From a virus (lineage: Duplodnaviria > Heunggongvirae > Uroviricota > Caudoviricetes), in IMG/VR virus record IMGVR_UViG_2541047854_000006: a DNA stretch of 25,093 bases. One strand, written 5' to 3'. The translations under genes were made by a program, and so were the position numbers. Below, in pieces: positions 9,047-18,406 of this stretch. Numbering within the stretch: position 1 is the stretch's first letter; the number at the start of each line of letters is the position of its first letter. The notes under the pieces are model-generated. The model saw only the letters and a program-made list of their open reading frames with translations. It did no database searches and was not told where the DNA came from.

Positions 9047-9073
9047 CTATCGGCATGCACAAAAAAATCTTTA
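9047..9073 (-). promoter_or_regulatory. Sigma-28 (FliA) class promoter for flxA
   Basis: Minus-strand sequence TAAAGATT-N11-GCCGATAG (reverse complement of plus 9047..9073) versus consensus TAAAGTTT-N11-GCCGATAA; about 25 nt upstream of the flxA ATG. Confidence 0.7.
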
Positions 9074-9225
9074 ATCGTATTTCTTGTGTCATTAATTGTT
9101 TGATGTTCAGATTGTTTTCCTCGCGGGCTGGCGCGCCTCAGAAAGTAAAGCTTGTTGACAGGGGTAAACGTTCGGCAATAATTTTCTGCCGCATGCGGGT
9201 GTTGCATAAAACGTGTTACGTTCCT

Positions 9226-9531
9226 TTATCGACAGGTCAGGTCACCGCTCACCCGCCGACGAGAAAGCAACACTGACATGCTAAAGCAAAAAATAGATGA
9301 ATAAGTTGAGTTGTGCATATGTAGCCTGACCGTCACAAAGTATATGGTGTCTGTACCAGTAAGATGATGGCCGGACTCTTTAAAAACGAGCTGACCTGCA
9401 CAATACAGGATGGACTTAGCAATGGCTGCTCCTGGCACAAAGCGGACAGTGATCACCGTTCTTACGACTACTTTCTGACTTCCTTCGTGACTTGCCCTAA
9501 GCATGTTGTAGTGCGATACTTGTAATGACAT
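9226..9531 (-). CDS. Hypothetical 101-aa ORF between flxA and relB (position and length of Qin ydfV)
   Basis: ORF from six-frame track; length and location agree with my memory of a 101-aa annotated gene here in K-12, but the sequence is not obviously protein-like and overlaps the relBE operator. Confidence 0.3.
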   Translation of the reverse strand: MSLQVSHYNMLRASHEGSQKVVVRTVITVRFVPGAAIAKSILYCAGQLVFKESGHHLTGTDTIYFVTVRLHMHNSTYSSIFCFSMSVLLSRRRVSGDLTCR

Positions 9532-9544
9532 TTGTAATTACAAG
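9519..9544 (+). promoter_or_regulatory. relBE operator (relO-like inverted repeat) in the relB promoter
   Basis: CTTGTAAT-N10-ATTACAAG perfect 8-bp inverted arms immediately upstream of the relB RBS (AAGAGGTG) and ATG 9556. Confidence 0.65.
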
Positions 9545-9555
9545 AGGTGTAAGAC

Positions 9556-9795
9556 ATGGGTAGCATTAACCTGCGTATTGACGATGAACTTAAAGCGCGT
9601 TCTTACGCCGCGCTTGAAAAAATGGGTGTAACTCCTTCTGAAGCGCTTCGTCTCATGCTCGAGTATATCGCTGACAATGAACGCTTGCCGTTCAAACAGA
9701 CACTCCTGAGTGATGAAGATGCTGAACTTGTGGAGATAGTGAAAGAACGGCTTCGTAATCCTAAGCCAGTACGTGTGACGCTGGATGAACTCTGA
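9556..9795 (+). CDS. relB: RelB antitoxin
   Basis: 79-aa protein MGSINLRIDDELKARSYAALEKMGVTPSEALRLMLEYIADNERLPFKQTLLSDEDAELVEIVKERLRNPKPVRVTLDEL, matches remembered RelB. Confidence 0.92.
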   Translation: MGSINLRIDDELKARSYAALEKMGVTPSEALRLMLEYIADNERLPFKQTLLSDEDAELVEIVKERLRNPKPVRVTLDEL

Positions 9796-10082
9796 TGGCG
9801 TATTTTCTGGATTTTGACGAGCGGGCACTAAAGGAATGGCGAAAGCTGGGCTCGACGGTACGTGAACAGTTGAAAAAGAAGCTGGTTGAAGTACTTGAGT
9901 CACCCCGGATTGAAGCAAACAAGCTCCGTGGTATGCCTGATTGTTACAAGATTAAGCTCCGGTCTTCAGGCTATCGCCTTGTATACCAGGTTATAGACGA
10001 GAAAGTTGTCGTTTTCGTGATTTCTGTTGGGAAAAGAGAACGCTCGGAAGTATATAGCGAGGCGGTCAAACGCATTCTCTGA
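9795..10082 (+). CDS. relE: RelE mRNA interferase toxin
   Basis: 95-aa protein MAYFLDFDERALKEWRKLGSTVREQLKKKLVEVLESPRIEANKLRGMPDCYKIKLRSSGYRLVYQVIDEKVVVFVISVGKRERSEVY..., start overlaps relB stop. Confidence 0.92.
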   Translation: MAYFLDFDERALKEWRKLGSTVREQLKKKLVEVLESPRIEANKLRGMPDCYKIKLRSSGYRLVYQVIDEKVVVFVISVGKRERSEVYSEAVKRIL

Positions 10083-10153
10083 ACCAAAGCATGACATCTC
10101 TGTTTCGCACCGAAGGTGACACTTCTGCTTTGCGTTGACAGGAGAAGCAGGCT

Positions 10154-10309
10154 ATGAAGCAGCAAAAGGCGATGTTAATCGCCCTGATCGTCATCTGTTT
10201 AACCGTCATAGTGACGGCACTGGTAACGAGGAAAGACCTCTGCGAGGTACGAATCCGAACCGGCCAGACGGAGGTCGCTGTCTTCACAGCTTACGAACCT
10301 GAGGAGTAA
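10154..10309 (+). CDS. hokD: HokD (RelF), Hok-family small membrane toxin
   Basis: 51-codon ORF not in the track (below size cut-off): MKQQKAMLIALIVICLTVIVTALVTRKDLCEVRIRTGQTEVAVFTAYEPEE; third gene of relBEF operon. Confidence 0.85.
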   Translation: MKQQKAMLIALIVICLTVIVTALVTRKDLCEVRIRTGQTEVAVFTAYEPEE

Positions 10310-10379
10310 GAGACCCGGCGGGGGAGAAATCCCTCGCCACCTCTGATGTGGCAGGCATCCTCAACGCACCCGCACTTAA

Positions 10380-10402
10380 CCCGCTTCGGCGGGTTTTTGT
10401 TT
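10380..10402 (+). terminator. Rho-independent terminator after relB-relE-hokD
   Basis: CCCGC-TTCG-GCGGG hairpin followed by TTTTTGTTTTTATTTT. Confidence 0.7.
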
Positions 10403-10477
10403 TTATTTTCAACGCGTTTGAAGTTCTGGACGGTGCCGGAATAGAATCAAAAATACTTAAGTAGCGCGCAGGGATAA

Positions 10478-10753
10478 GAGGGATGGTCCCTTAAGGGTAA
10501 AGGGATTGTTCTGGATGAAAAAAGAACCCGGTTTCATGGCGTACCGGTATATAAGATTTGTGGGCGTTGTAATGGAAACCGGTTTAGTCGTTTACCGACC
10601 ACGCTGGCACGACGTCATGTCCAGAAGCTGGTACCAGACCTGACCGATTATCAGTGGTATAAGGGGTATGCGGACGTCATTGGTAAACTGGTAACAAAGT
10701 GCTGGCAGGAAGAAGCATACGCGGAAGCGCAATTGAGGAAGGTGACGAGATAA
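10478..10753 (+). pseudogene. Q antiterminator remnant (C-terminal about 90 codons, no start codon)
   Basis: Frame open from 10478 with no in-frame ATG; translation ...KICGRCNGNRFSRLPTTLARRHVQKLVPDLTDYQWYKGYADVIGKLVTKCWQEEAYAEAQLRKVTR* aligns with the C-terminus of lambda Q (CGRCKGVGYSRMP...NLTQPTW...CHKEESIADNILNAVTR). Confidence 0.6.
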
Positions 10754-10784
10754 ATGATTTTTGCTGAAGATGGCGACATGATGT

Positions 10785-10813
10785 TTGCATTTTTCAAAAA
10801 ATATGGATAAAAT
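10785..10813 (+). promoter_or_regulatory. Late promoter candidate (PR'-like) immediately downstream of Q remnant
   Basis: TTGCAT-N17-TAAAAT sigma-70-like elements 32 bp after the Q stop, in the position of a lambdoid late promoter. Confidence 0.45.
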
Positions 10814-10862
10814 TTTTTCAACGATGGGCTTTGTATACCCGACGTTAAGAAAAAGTAGAAAA

Positions 10863-10889
10863 CCCGCTGATGAGCGGGTTTTGTGCTTT
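10863..10889 (+). terminator. Rho-independent terminator (tR'-like) downstream of late promoter candidate
   Basis: CCCGC-TGATGA-GCGGG hairpin followed by TTTTGTGCTTT. Confidence 0.55.
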
Positions 10890-11174
10890 AAATGGGGCAA
10901 TGGTAATGTTGAATCTCATCCCGGGACTCATGTCTGTTAACTTATTATTTAGCTGGTGACTTGGTTATTTGCCTGATGTTTAAAATGTTTTCTTCCAGTA
11001 CAATGTCCCTAAACACAATGAGTCTGCTTATTATATTATTAGCAGAGCTATTACGGCCAAAGTACAGCATAAGCTTTTAAAGCCAATCAACCAGTCATCA
11101 AGACAGACGGGGTTATTCATAAAAACTCTCCATGTGTGATCCGATGGGGCCTGAAATTAAAGCTTTAATATAGC

Positions 11175-11387
11175 TCATGAAAGGTAAACATTGGCAGCTG
11201 AAGGGCCACGCAGACCATTTATCCGGCAAAATTCCACGCGTAATCCGGTGGTAATTTCTTCTGCATCGCGGAGATTGAGCGCTGAAACATGAAGCTGGAC
11301 ATCGATACGACCATCGGATGGGGTGATAAGACCCTTGCCGCTTTTGCCGTCAAAGGTTTTGACAATTCCTGTCATTTTACGGGACAA
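11175..11387 (-). CDS. cspF: Cold-shock-domain protein CspF
   Basis: 70-aa protein [70 protein letters not shown]; CSD fold with divergent RNP motifs as in CspF/CspH. Confidence 0.8.
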
Positions 11388-11687
11388 AAAAATTCCTTAA
11401 TACTGATAACTTGGCGCACTATACACACGTTCCTGAAGAAAGCTATAGTTTTTTGATGGGGTTGAAGATGGCTGGATGTCTAAAATAAACATTGCTTCAT
11501 ATGTTCAACTATGCGTTAATGATTGCGTCGGTTTGAAGAACAGACGATATACGAAGTAGTTTACTAAAGCAGTTCTCATTTCAGGTGTTATTCACTTATT
11601 CCTTCTTTGAGTCTCTCCAATTAAGTACGAAGTCGTTTCTGTTATGCAAACCATTTATGCCGAAAGGCTCAAGTTAAGGAATGTAGA

Positions 11688-11903
11688 ATGTCAAATAAAA
11701 TGACTGGTTTAGTAAAATGGTTTAACGCTGATAAAGGTTTCGGCTTTATTTCTCCTGTTGATGGTAGTAAAGATGTGTTTGTGCATTTTTCTGCGATTCA
11801 GAATGATAATTATCGAACCTTATTTGAAGGTCAAAAGGTTACCTTCTCTATAGAGAGTGGTGCTAAAGGTCCTGCAGCAGCAAATGTCATCATTACTGAT
11901 TAA
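11688..11903 (+). CDS. cspB: Cold-shock protein CspB
   Basis: 71-aa protein [71 protein letters not shown]; long AT-rich 5' leader typical of cold-shock genes. Confidence 0.9.
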   Translation: MSNKMTGLVKWFNADKGFGFISPVDGSKDVFVHFSAIQNDNYRTLFEGQKVTFSIESGAKGPAAANVIITD

Positions 11904-12185
11904 AATTCATCGCTCGTCTGTATACGATAACGAAGAAGGCTGATGCCTGAGTAGAGATACGGACAGAGTAGTGAATATTGGATCTCTTTAATAAAAAGTA
12001 AGGAGGTCCAATACATGAAACAATGGCTAGCATATTTGGCAAAATCTTAATCAGGAAAAGTATGCTAACCATTGTGGTGAAGTGCAGGTTTGCTGCATGA
12101 ATAGTTTTACAGCAGAAGCTAACTGCTGGCATGGCAAAACAAAGTGCGTAAGTGGATGACTCCCACAAAAAGCACCACAATCTCA

Positions 12186-12210
12186 AACCCGCTCAGGCGG
12201 GTTTTTTATT
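12186..12210. terminator. Hairpin terminator (possibly bidirectional) between cspB region and convergent zinc-ribbon ORF
   Basis: AACCCGC-TCAG-GCGGGTT followed by TTTTTTATT on plus strand; complementary strand is followed by TTTGAGATT. Confidence 0.6.
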
Positions 12211-12266
12211 ATCTGCTTTAAATATATTATTAAAATATAAAAAATACTTGTTACTAATAAAATCAA

Positions 12267-12437
12267 TCAGGCTACAGCTTTAAGATTTGTCTGGAATACT
12301 TTGTTGCAATGAGGGCAGATCAAAAGGGCACCTTTTTGTACTCTTGAAAAACTGTGTTCTGACTCTTGGGTGCAGTTTGGGCAGGAACATTTAACGAGAT
12401 AATTACGGCGTGATTTTGAGTTTTTACGTTCTGACAT
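12267..12437 (-). CDS. Small C4 zinc-ribbon protein (56 aa), hypothetical
   Basis: Internal Met of the 73-aa track ORF has an AGGAAAA RBS; MSERKNSKSRRNYLVKCSCPNCTQESEHSFSRVQKGALLICPHCNKVF... contains CxCPNC...CPHC. Confidence 0.5.
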   Translation of the reverse strand: MSERKNSKSRRNYLVKCSCPNCTQESEHSFSRVQKGALLICPHCNKVFQTNLKAVA

Positions 12438-12656
12438 AGGCTTTTCCTGTATAAATGGCCGTATACAGTACACTAAATATGAAAACATTTCTCGTATTAT
12501 TATTTTATATATGACTTTCTTTCAAAATAATTACCCACATTTTTAATTTGTATGTTTTTTTAGCGCCGTTGAGAACAACGTGTGCTGTCAAAACTACCCC
12601 GTAGACTCCGATCTTTTCAAACATATTGCACCATCCGTGTACATCGGGGTGAGGAT

Positions 12657-12872
12657 ATGAAATCAATGGATAAGTTAACAACAGGTGTTGCCTATGGCAC
12701 ATCGGCGGGTAATGCTGGTTTCTGGGCATTGCAGTTACTCGATAAAGTAACTCCGTCACAGTGGGCTGCAATCGGTGTGCTGGGTAGCCTGGTTTTTGGC
12801 CTGCTGACGTATCTGACAAATCTTTATTTCAAGATTAAAGAAGACAGGCGTAAGGCTGCGAGAGGAGAGTAA
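12657..12872 (+). CDS. Class II holin, phage 21 S-type pinholin with dual-start motif
   Basis: [71 protein letters not shown] closely resembles remembered S21 pinholin; MKSMDK offers two starts (antiholin/holin). Track ORF start 12582 is upstream of the likely RBS-supported start. Confidence 0.85.
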   Translation: MKSMDKLTTGVAYGTSAGNAGFWALQLLDKVTPSQWAAIGVLGSLVFGLLTYLTNLYFKIKEDRRKAARGE

Positions 12873-12876
12873 TCCA

Positions 12877-13184
12877 ATGACTCAAGACTATGAACTGGTT
12901 GTGAAAGGAGTCCGTAATTTTGAGAATAAAGTTACGGTAACTGTAGCCTTACAGGACAAAGAACGCTTTGACGGTGAAATTTTTGACCTGGATGTCGCCA
13001 TGGACCGTGTTGAAGGAGCTGCGCTGGAGTTTTATGAGGCAGCAGCCAGAAGGAGCGCCCGGCAAGTCTTCCTGGAAGTAGCAGAAAAATTGTCAGAAAA
13101 AGTTGAGTCTTATCTGCAGCATCAGTACTCCTTTAAGATTGAAAATCCTGCCAATAAGCACGAGCGTCCTCATCATAAATATCT

Positions 13185-13188
<4 letters not shown>
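12877..13188 (+). CDS. ydfR: YdfR-like protein of unknown function located between holin and endolysin
   Basis: 103-aa protein MTQDYELVVKGVRNFENKVTVTVALQDKERFDGEIFDLDVAMDRVEGAALEFYEAAARRS... matches my memory of Qin YdfR; stop overlaps endolysin start (ATGA). Confidence 0.6.
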
Positions 13189-14212
<1,024 letters not shown>

Positions 14213-14574
14213 GGTAATATTAAATCGGAACATTTACATCGCGGAATGTAAAATTTAAATAAAAAGGACTCTTCCATGAGCCAAAATTCCTGAAATCTTA
14301 AGGGTAAGATAAAAGGTCTTAATCAGAATGACACGTTTTATTAATAAATAAAGCTATTCTTTCATTGCTGTGTTTTTCTTTACAAAAGTAATCCTTGCTA
14401 TGGGTGGTTAATCATGCGTTAATGGTGTTCTGGTTTGTTACAAATTTATCTGAAGCAGTCATTGTTATAATTTTATTATTTGTACCTCTTGAGATTTCCT
14501 TGTTGGTTTTTCTCTCTGATATTTTTTTTCGGACCATTCTGCCCAAGGGCTAATTTCTTCAAAAGGTAATAATT

Positions 14575-14787
14575 ATGTCTAACAAAATGACTGGTTTAGT
14601 GAAATGGTTTAACCCTGAAAAAGGTTTTGGTTTCATCACGCCGAAAGATGGCAGCAAAGATGTGTTTGTCCATTTCTCAGCAATTCAGAGCAACGATTTC
14701 AAAACATTAACTGAGAATCAGGAAGTTGAATTTGGTATTGAGAACGGACCTAAAGGTCCTGCCGCTGTTCATGTAGTGGCGCTTTGA
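14575..14787 (+). CDS. cspI: Cold-shock protein CspI
   Basis: 70-aa protein [70 protein letters not shown]; preceded by about 350 bp AT-rich leader. Confidence 0.9.
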   Translation: MSNKMTGLVKWFNPEKGFGFITPKDGSKDVFVHFSAIQSNDFKTLTENQEVEFGIENGPKGPAAVHVVAL

Positions 14788-14993
14788 GGTAGACAATATT
14801 ACAAACCATATTCACTTTAGATGCCCGTGTTGTCATGGTTCCCAGTATAGAACATCATCTTTTGATGTTTCTGACATGAATCCTTTCGGGGCAAAATGTA
14901 TCTTTTGTAAATCAATGATGATTACATTTGATAATATTTCACAATACTTAAATGCCAGCCGTCTGTCGTTGGATTTAAAAAAGTGAAAATGAA

Positions 14994-15015
14994 GGCTCCT
15001 TCGGGAGCTTTTTTG
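14994..15015 (+). terminator. Rho-independent terminator downstream of cspI region
   Basis: GCTCC-TTCG-GGAGC hairpin followed by TTTTTTG. Confidence 0.6.
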
Positions 15016-15058
15016 CTTGGTGTCTATTCGATGGATACTCACATACTACGGTAACATC

Positions 15059-15289
15059 ATGAAAAAAATCATAGTTTTTTTTAACTCTGAACCAGCAGTG
15101 GTAGTGCCAGCGATGACTGGAGTTAACACCATCATGCGTGAATATCCAAATGGCGAAAAAACACACCTTACTGTAATGGCCGCAGGGTTTCCATCTCTGA
15201 CCGGAGATCATAAAGTCATTTATGTAGCCGCGGATCGACATGTTACTTCAGAAGAAATTCTGGAAGCAGCAATAAGGCTCTTGAGTTGA
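15059..15289 (+). CDS. Hypothetical protein (76 aa from ATG 15059; track ORF begins at TTG 15017)
   Basis: Open frame only; no recognisable motif; weak RBS. Confidence 0.35.
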   Translation: MKKIIVFFNSEPAVVVPAMTGVNTIMREYPNGEKTHLTVMAAGFPSLTGDHKVIYVAADRHVTSEEILEAAIRLLS

Positions 15290-15457
15290 TTTGATGCTAT
15301 TGCATTGATAATTCAGGAAAATTCTCTTTGTCTGTTTGTGTAAAATTTAGACTATCGTATGTTGATTATTGCGATGTTTCATCTTATCTTTTACACGTTT
15401 GCACCATATAATCGACTTACTGTGTAACTGGAAAGTCATAACAGACTAAAAGAGGAA

Positions 15458-15634
15458 ATGATGAATATTGAAAACTTAAAAACAAAAGCAGAAGCAGATA
15501 TTTCTGAATATATAACAAAAAAAATTATTGAACTTAAGAAAAAGACCGGGAAAGAAGTTACCAGTATTCAGTTTACCGCACGGGAAAAAATGACGGGTCT
15601 TGAAAGCTATGATGTCAAGATTAATTTAATCTGA
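15458..15634 (+). CDS. gnsB: GnsA/GnsB-family small protein
   Basis: 58-codon ORF not in the track: MMNIENLKTKAEADISEYITKKIIELKKKTGKEVTSIQFTAREKMTGLESYDVKINLI, AAGAGGA RBS; matches remembered GnsB family sequence. Confidence 0.8.
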   Translation: MMNIENLKTKAEADISEYITKKIIELKKKTGKEVTSIQFTAREKMTGLESYDVKINLI

Positions 15635-15662
15635 TGTATTCAATAATAAAATTTATCCATAA

Positions 15663-15690
15663 ACCTCGTTTTTACGGGGTTTTGTTATAT
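15663..15690 (+). terminator. Rho-independent terminator after gnsB
   Basis: ACCTCG-TTTTTA-CGGGGT hairpin followed by TTTGTTATATTTG. Confidence 0.55.
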
Positions 15691-15785
15691 TTGAATGGTT
15701 CCGAATATCTAAATCACAATTGTTGATGGTTTTTATTAAACCAATGCAGTCCGGCTCAGGAGTGAGAGAAGCCGGACGTTATGGT

Positions 15786-16211
15786 TTAGCGTGGTAAGAT
15801 CTGTGTAGTTTTCTGGATGCTTTCAGTAAATAGTAATGAATTATCAAAGGTATAGTAATATCTTTTTTGTTCGTGGATATTTGTAACCCACCGAAAAACT
15901 CCTGCTTTAGCAAGGTTTCTTCTGTATTCCTGAAATGTGATCTCTCTGGATTTCAGCTTATTAGAGGTCGTTTCTATAAGATGCCTATCCTTTGAAAATT
16001 TGACAGACACAATGTTTTTTAGGCCCTTTAATAACACTGTATTATCATTTTTTAATACAATATGAACATTCTCTGTGGCTAAATAGTAAATGTAATGTGA
16101 GACATTGTGACGTTTTAGCTCAGAATAAAACCATTGATAGTTTAAATCGTTTCGAACTTTATCAAATATTTGTTTAAAAATGACTACCTGATCCATAGAT
16201 AAACCTTCCAT
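15786..16211 (-). CDS. Prophage protein of unknown function (DUF1398-like, YdfO/YbcV position)
   Basis: 141-aa ORF; likely start at second Met (16196) which has a GGAAGG RBS. Family assignment from memory of gene order in Qin/DLP12, not verified. Confidence 0.6.
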
Positions 16212-16253
16212 GTGATATGAGGGGGCGTAGTCTGCACGATTATCTAAATTGCT

Positions 16254-16487
16254 TCAATCTGGTCTGACCTGTTTTCTGAGCAATTCAGTAATGTCACTCT
16301 TTTCTTTGTTTGCTTCAGAAGAAACTCTTTTTTCTGAGCACAGTCTCCGGCGGCAGGCTTCAATGACCCAGGCTGAGAAATTCCCGGACCCTTTTTGCTC
16401 AAGAGCGATGTTAATTTGTTCAATCATTTGGTTAGGAAAGCGGATGTTGCGGGTTGTTGTTCTGCGGGTTCTGTTCTTCGTTGACAT
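16254..16487 (-). CDS. Small basic protein (YnfO/YlcI-like, gene preceding the Nu1 homolog)
   Basis: 77-aa ORF MSTKNRTRRTTTRNIRFPNQMIEQINIALEQKGSGNFSAWVIEACRRRL...; basic N-terminus; conserved position upstream of terminase small subunit in lambdoid prophages. Confidence 0.55.
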   Translation of the reverse strand: MSTKNRTRRTTTRNIRFPNQMIEQINIALEQKGSGNFSAWVIEACRRRLCSEKRVSSEANKEKSDITELLRKQVRPD

Positions 16488-16639
16488 GAGGTTGCCCCGT
16501 ATTCAGTGTCGCTGATTTGTATTGTCTGAAGTTGTTTTTACGTTAAGTTGATGCAGATCAATTAATACGATACCTGCGTCATAATTGATTATTTGACGTG
16601 GTTTGATGGCCTCCACGCACGTTGTGATATGTAGATGAT

Positions 16640-16875
16640 AATCATTATCACTTTACGGGTCCTTTCCGGTGATCCGACAGGTTACGGGGCGGCGACCTCG
16701 CGGGTTTTCGCTATTTATGAAAATTTTCCGGTTTAAGGCATTTCCGTTCTTCTTCGTCGTAACTTAATGTTTTTATTTAAAATACCCCCTGAAAAGAAAG
16801 GAAACGACAGGTGCTGAAAACGAGCTTTTGGGCCTCTGTCGTTTCCTTTCTCTGTTTTTGGCCGTGGAATGAACA
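16640..16875 (+). other. Lambda-type cos site: cosN (12-nt cohesive end GGGCGGCGACCT at 16687..16698) plus cosB region up to Nu1
   Basis: Sequence GGTTACGGGGCGGCGACCTCGCGGGTTTTCGCTATTTATGAAAATTTTCCGGTTTAAGGC... is nearly identical to the left end of the phage lambda genome as I remember it, continuing into Nu1. Confidence 0.85.
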
Positions 16876-17421
16876 ATGGAAGTCAACAAAAAGCAGCTGG
16901 CTGACATTTTCGGTGCGAGTATCCGTACCATTCAGAACTGGCAGGAACAGGGAATGCCCGTTCTGCGAGGCGGTGGCAAGGGTAATGAGGTGCTTTATGA
17001 CTCTGCCGCCGTTATAAGATGGTATGCCGAAAGGGATGCTGAAATTGAGAACGAAAAGCTGCGCCGGGAAGTTGAAGAACTGCGGCAGGCCAGCGAGACA
17101 GATCTCCAGCCAGGGACTATTGAGTACGAACGCCATCGACTTACGCGTGCGCAGGCCGACGCACAGGAGCTGAAAAATGCCAGAGACTCCGCTGAAGTGG
17201 TGGAAACCGCATTCTGTACTTTCGTGCTGTCGCGGATCGCAGGTGAAATTGCCAGTATTCTCGACGGGATCCCCCTGTCGGTGCAGCGGCGTTTTCCGGA
17301 ACTGGAAAACCGACATGTTGATTTCCTGAAACGGGATATCATCAAAGCCATGAACAAAGCAGCCGCGCTGGATGAACTGATACCGGGGTTGCTGAGTGAA
17401 TATATCGAACAGTCAGGTTAA
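16876..17421 (+). CDS. Terminase small subunit, lambda Nu1 homolog
   Basis: 181-aa protein MEVNKKQLADIFGASIRTIQNWQEQGMPVLRGGGKGNEVLYDSAAV... essentially lambda Nu1. Confidence 0.92.
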   Translation: MEVNKKQLADIFGASIRTIQNWQEQGMPVLRGGGKGNEVLYDSAAVIRWYAERDAEIENEKLRREVEELRQASETDLQPGTIEYERHRLTRAQADAQELKNARDSAEVVETAFCTFVLSRIAGEIASILDGIPLSVQRRFPELENRHVDFLKRDIIKAMNKAAALDELIPGLLSEYIEQSG

Positions 17422-18406
17422 CAGGCTGCGGCATTTTGTCCGCGCCGGGCTTCGCTCACTGTTCAGGCCGGAGCCACAGACCGCCGTTGAATGGGCGGAT
17501 GCTAATTACTATCTCCCGAAAGAATCCGCATACCAGGAAGGGCGCTGGGAAACACTGCCCTTTCAGCGGGCCATCATGAATGCGATGGGCAGCGACTACA
17601 TCCGTGAGGTGAATGTGGTGAAGTCTGCCCGTGTCGGTTATTCCAAAATGCTGCTGGGTGTTTATGCCTACTTTATAGAGCATAAGCAGCGCAACACCCT
17701 TATCTGGTTGCCGACGGATGGTGATGCCGAGAACTTTATGAAAACCCACGTTGAGCCGACCATCCGCGATATTCCGTCGCTGCTGGCGCTGGCTCCGTGG
17801 TATGGCAAAAAGCACCGGGATAACACGCTCACTATGAAGCGTTTTTCCAATGGTCGTGGCTTCTGGTGCCTGGGCGGTAAAGCGGCAAAAAACTACCGTG
17901 AAAAGTCGGTGGATGTGGCGGGTTATGATGAACTTGCTGCCTTTGATGAGGATATTGAACAGGAAGGCTCTCCGACGTTCCTTGGCGACAAACGTATTGA
18001 AGGCTCGGTCTGGCCAAAGTCCATCCGTGGCTCCACGCCCAAAGTGAGAGGCACCTGCCAGATTGAGCGTGCAGCCAGTGAATCCCTGCATTTTATGCGT
18101 TTTCATGTTGCCTGCCCGCACTGCGGGGAGGAGCAGTATCTTAAATTTGGCGACAAAGAGACGCCGTTTGGCCTCAAATGGACGCCGGATGACCCCTCCA
18201 GCGTGTTTTATCTCTGCGAGCATAATGCCTGCGTCATCCGCCAGCAGGAGCTGGACTTTACTGATGCCCGTTATATCTGCGAAAAGACCGGGATCTGGAC
18301 CCGTGATGGCATTCTCTGGTTTTCGTCAACCGCGTTGCGTCATCCGCGATATCGCAGTCTGCGTCACAGGTTGCCCGTGAGACAAAGGTACGCCGGAAAC
18401 TGGTAA
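17396..18406 (+). pseudogene. Terminase large subunit (lambda A) N-terminal fragment, truncated by internal deletion
   Basis: Matches lambda gpA from MNISNSQVNRLRHF... through ...TGIWTRDGILWFSS (about 308 aa), then diverges into 25 unrelated codons and stops; full gpA is about 641 aa. Confidence 0.85.

Noticed and set aside
10592-10900. 102-aa minus-strand ORF overlapping the Q remnant, late promoter and terminator
   Set aside because: No RBS, overlaps recognisable plus-strand features, and its translation is not protein-like; considered spurious.
16777-18223. Minus-strand ORFs of 120-255 aa (16777..17316, 16995..17357, 17456..18223) overlapping Nu1 and the terminase A fragment
   Set aside because: The plus strand here encodes proteins near-identical to lambda Nu1 and gpA; the antisense ORFs are artefacts of the GC-rich coding sequence.
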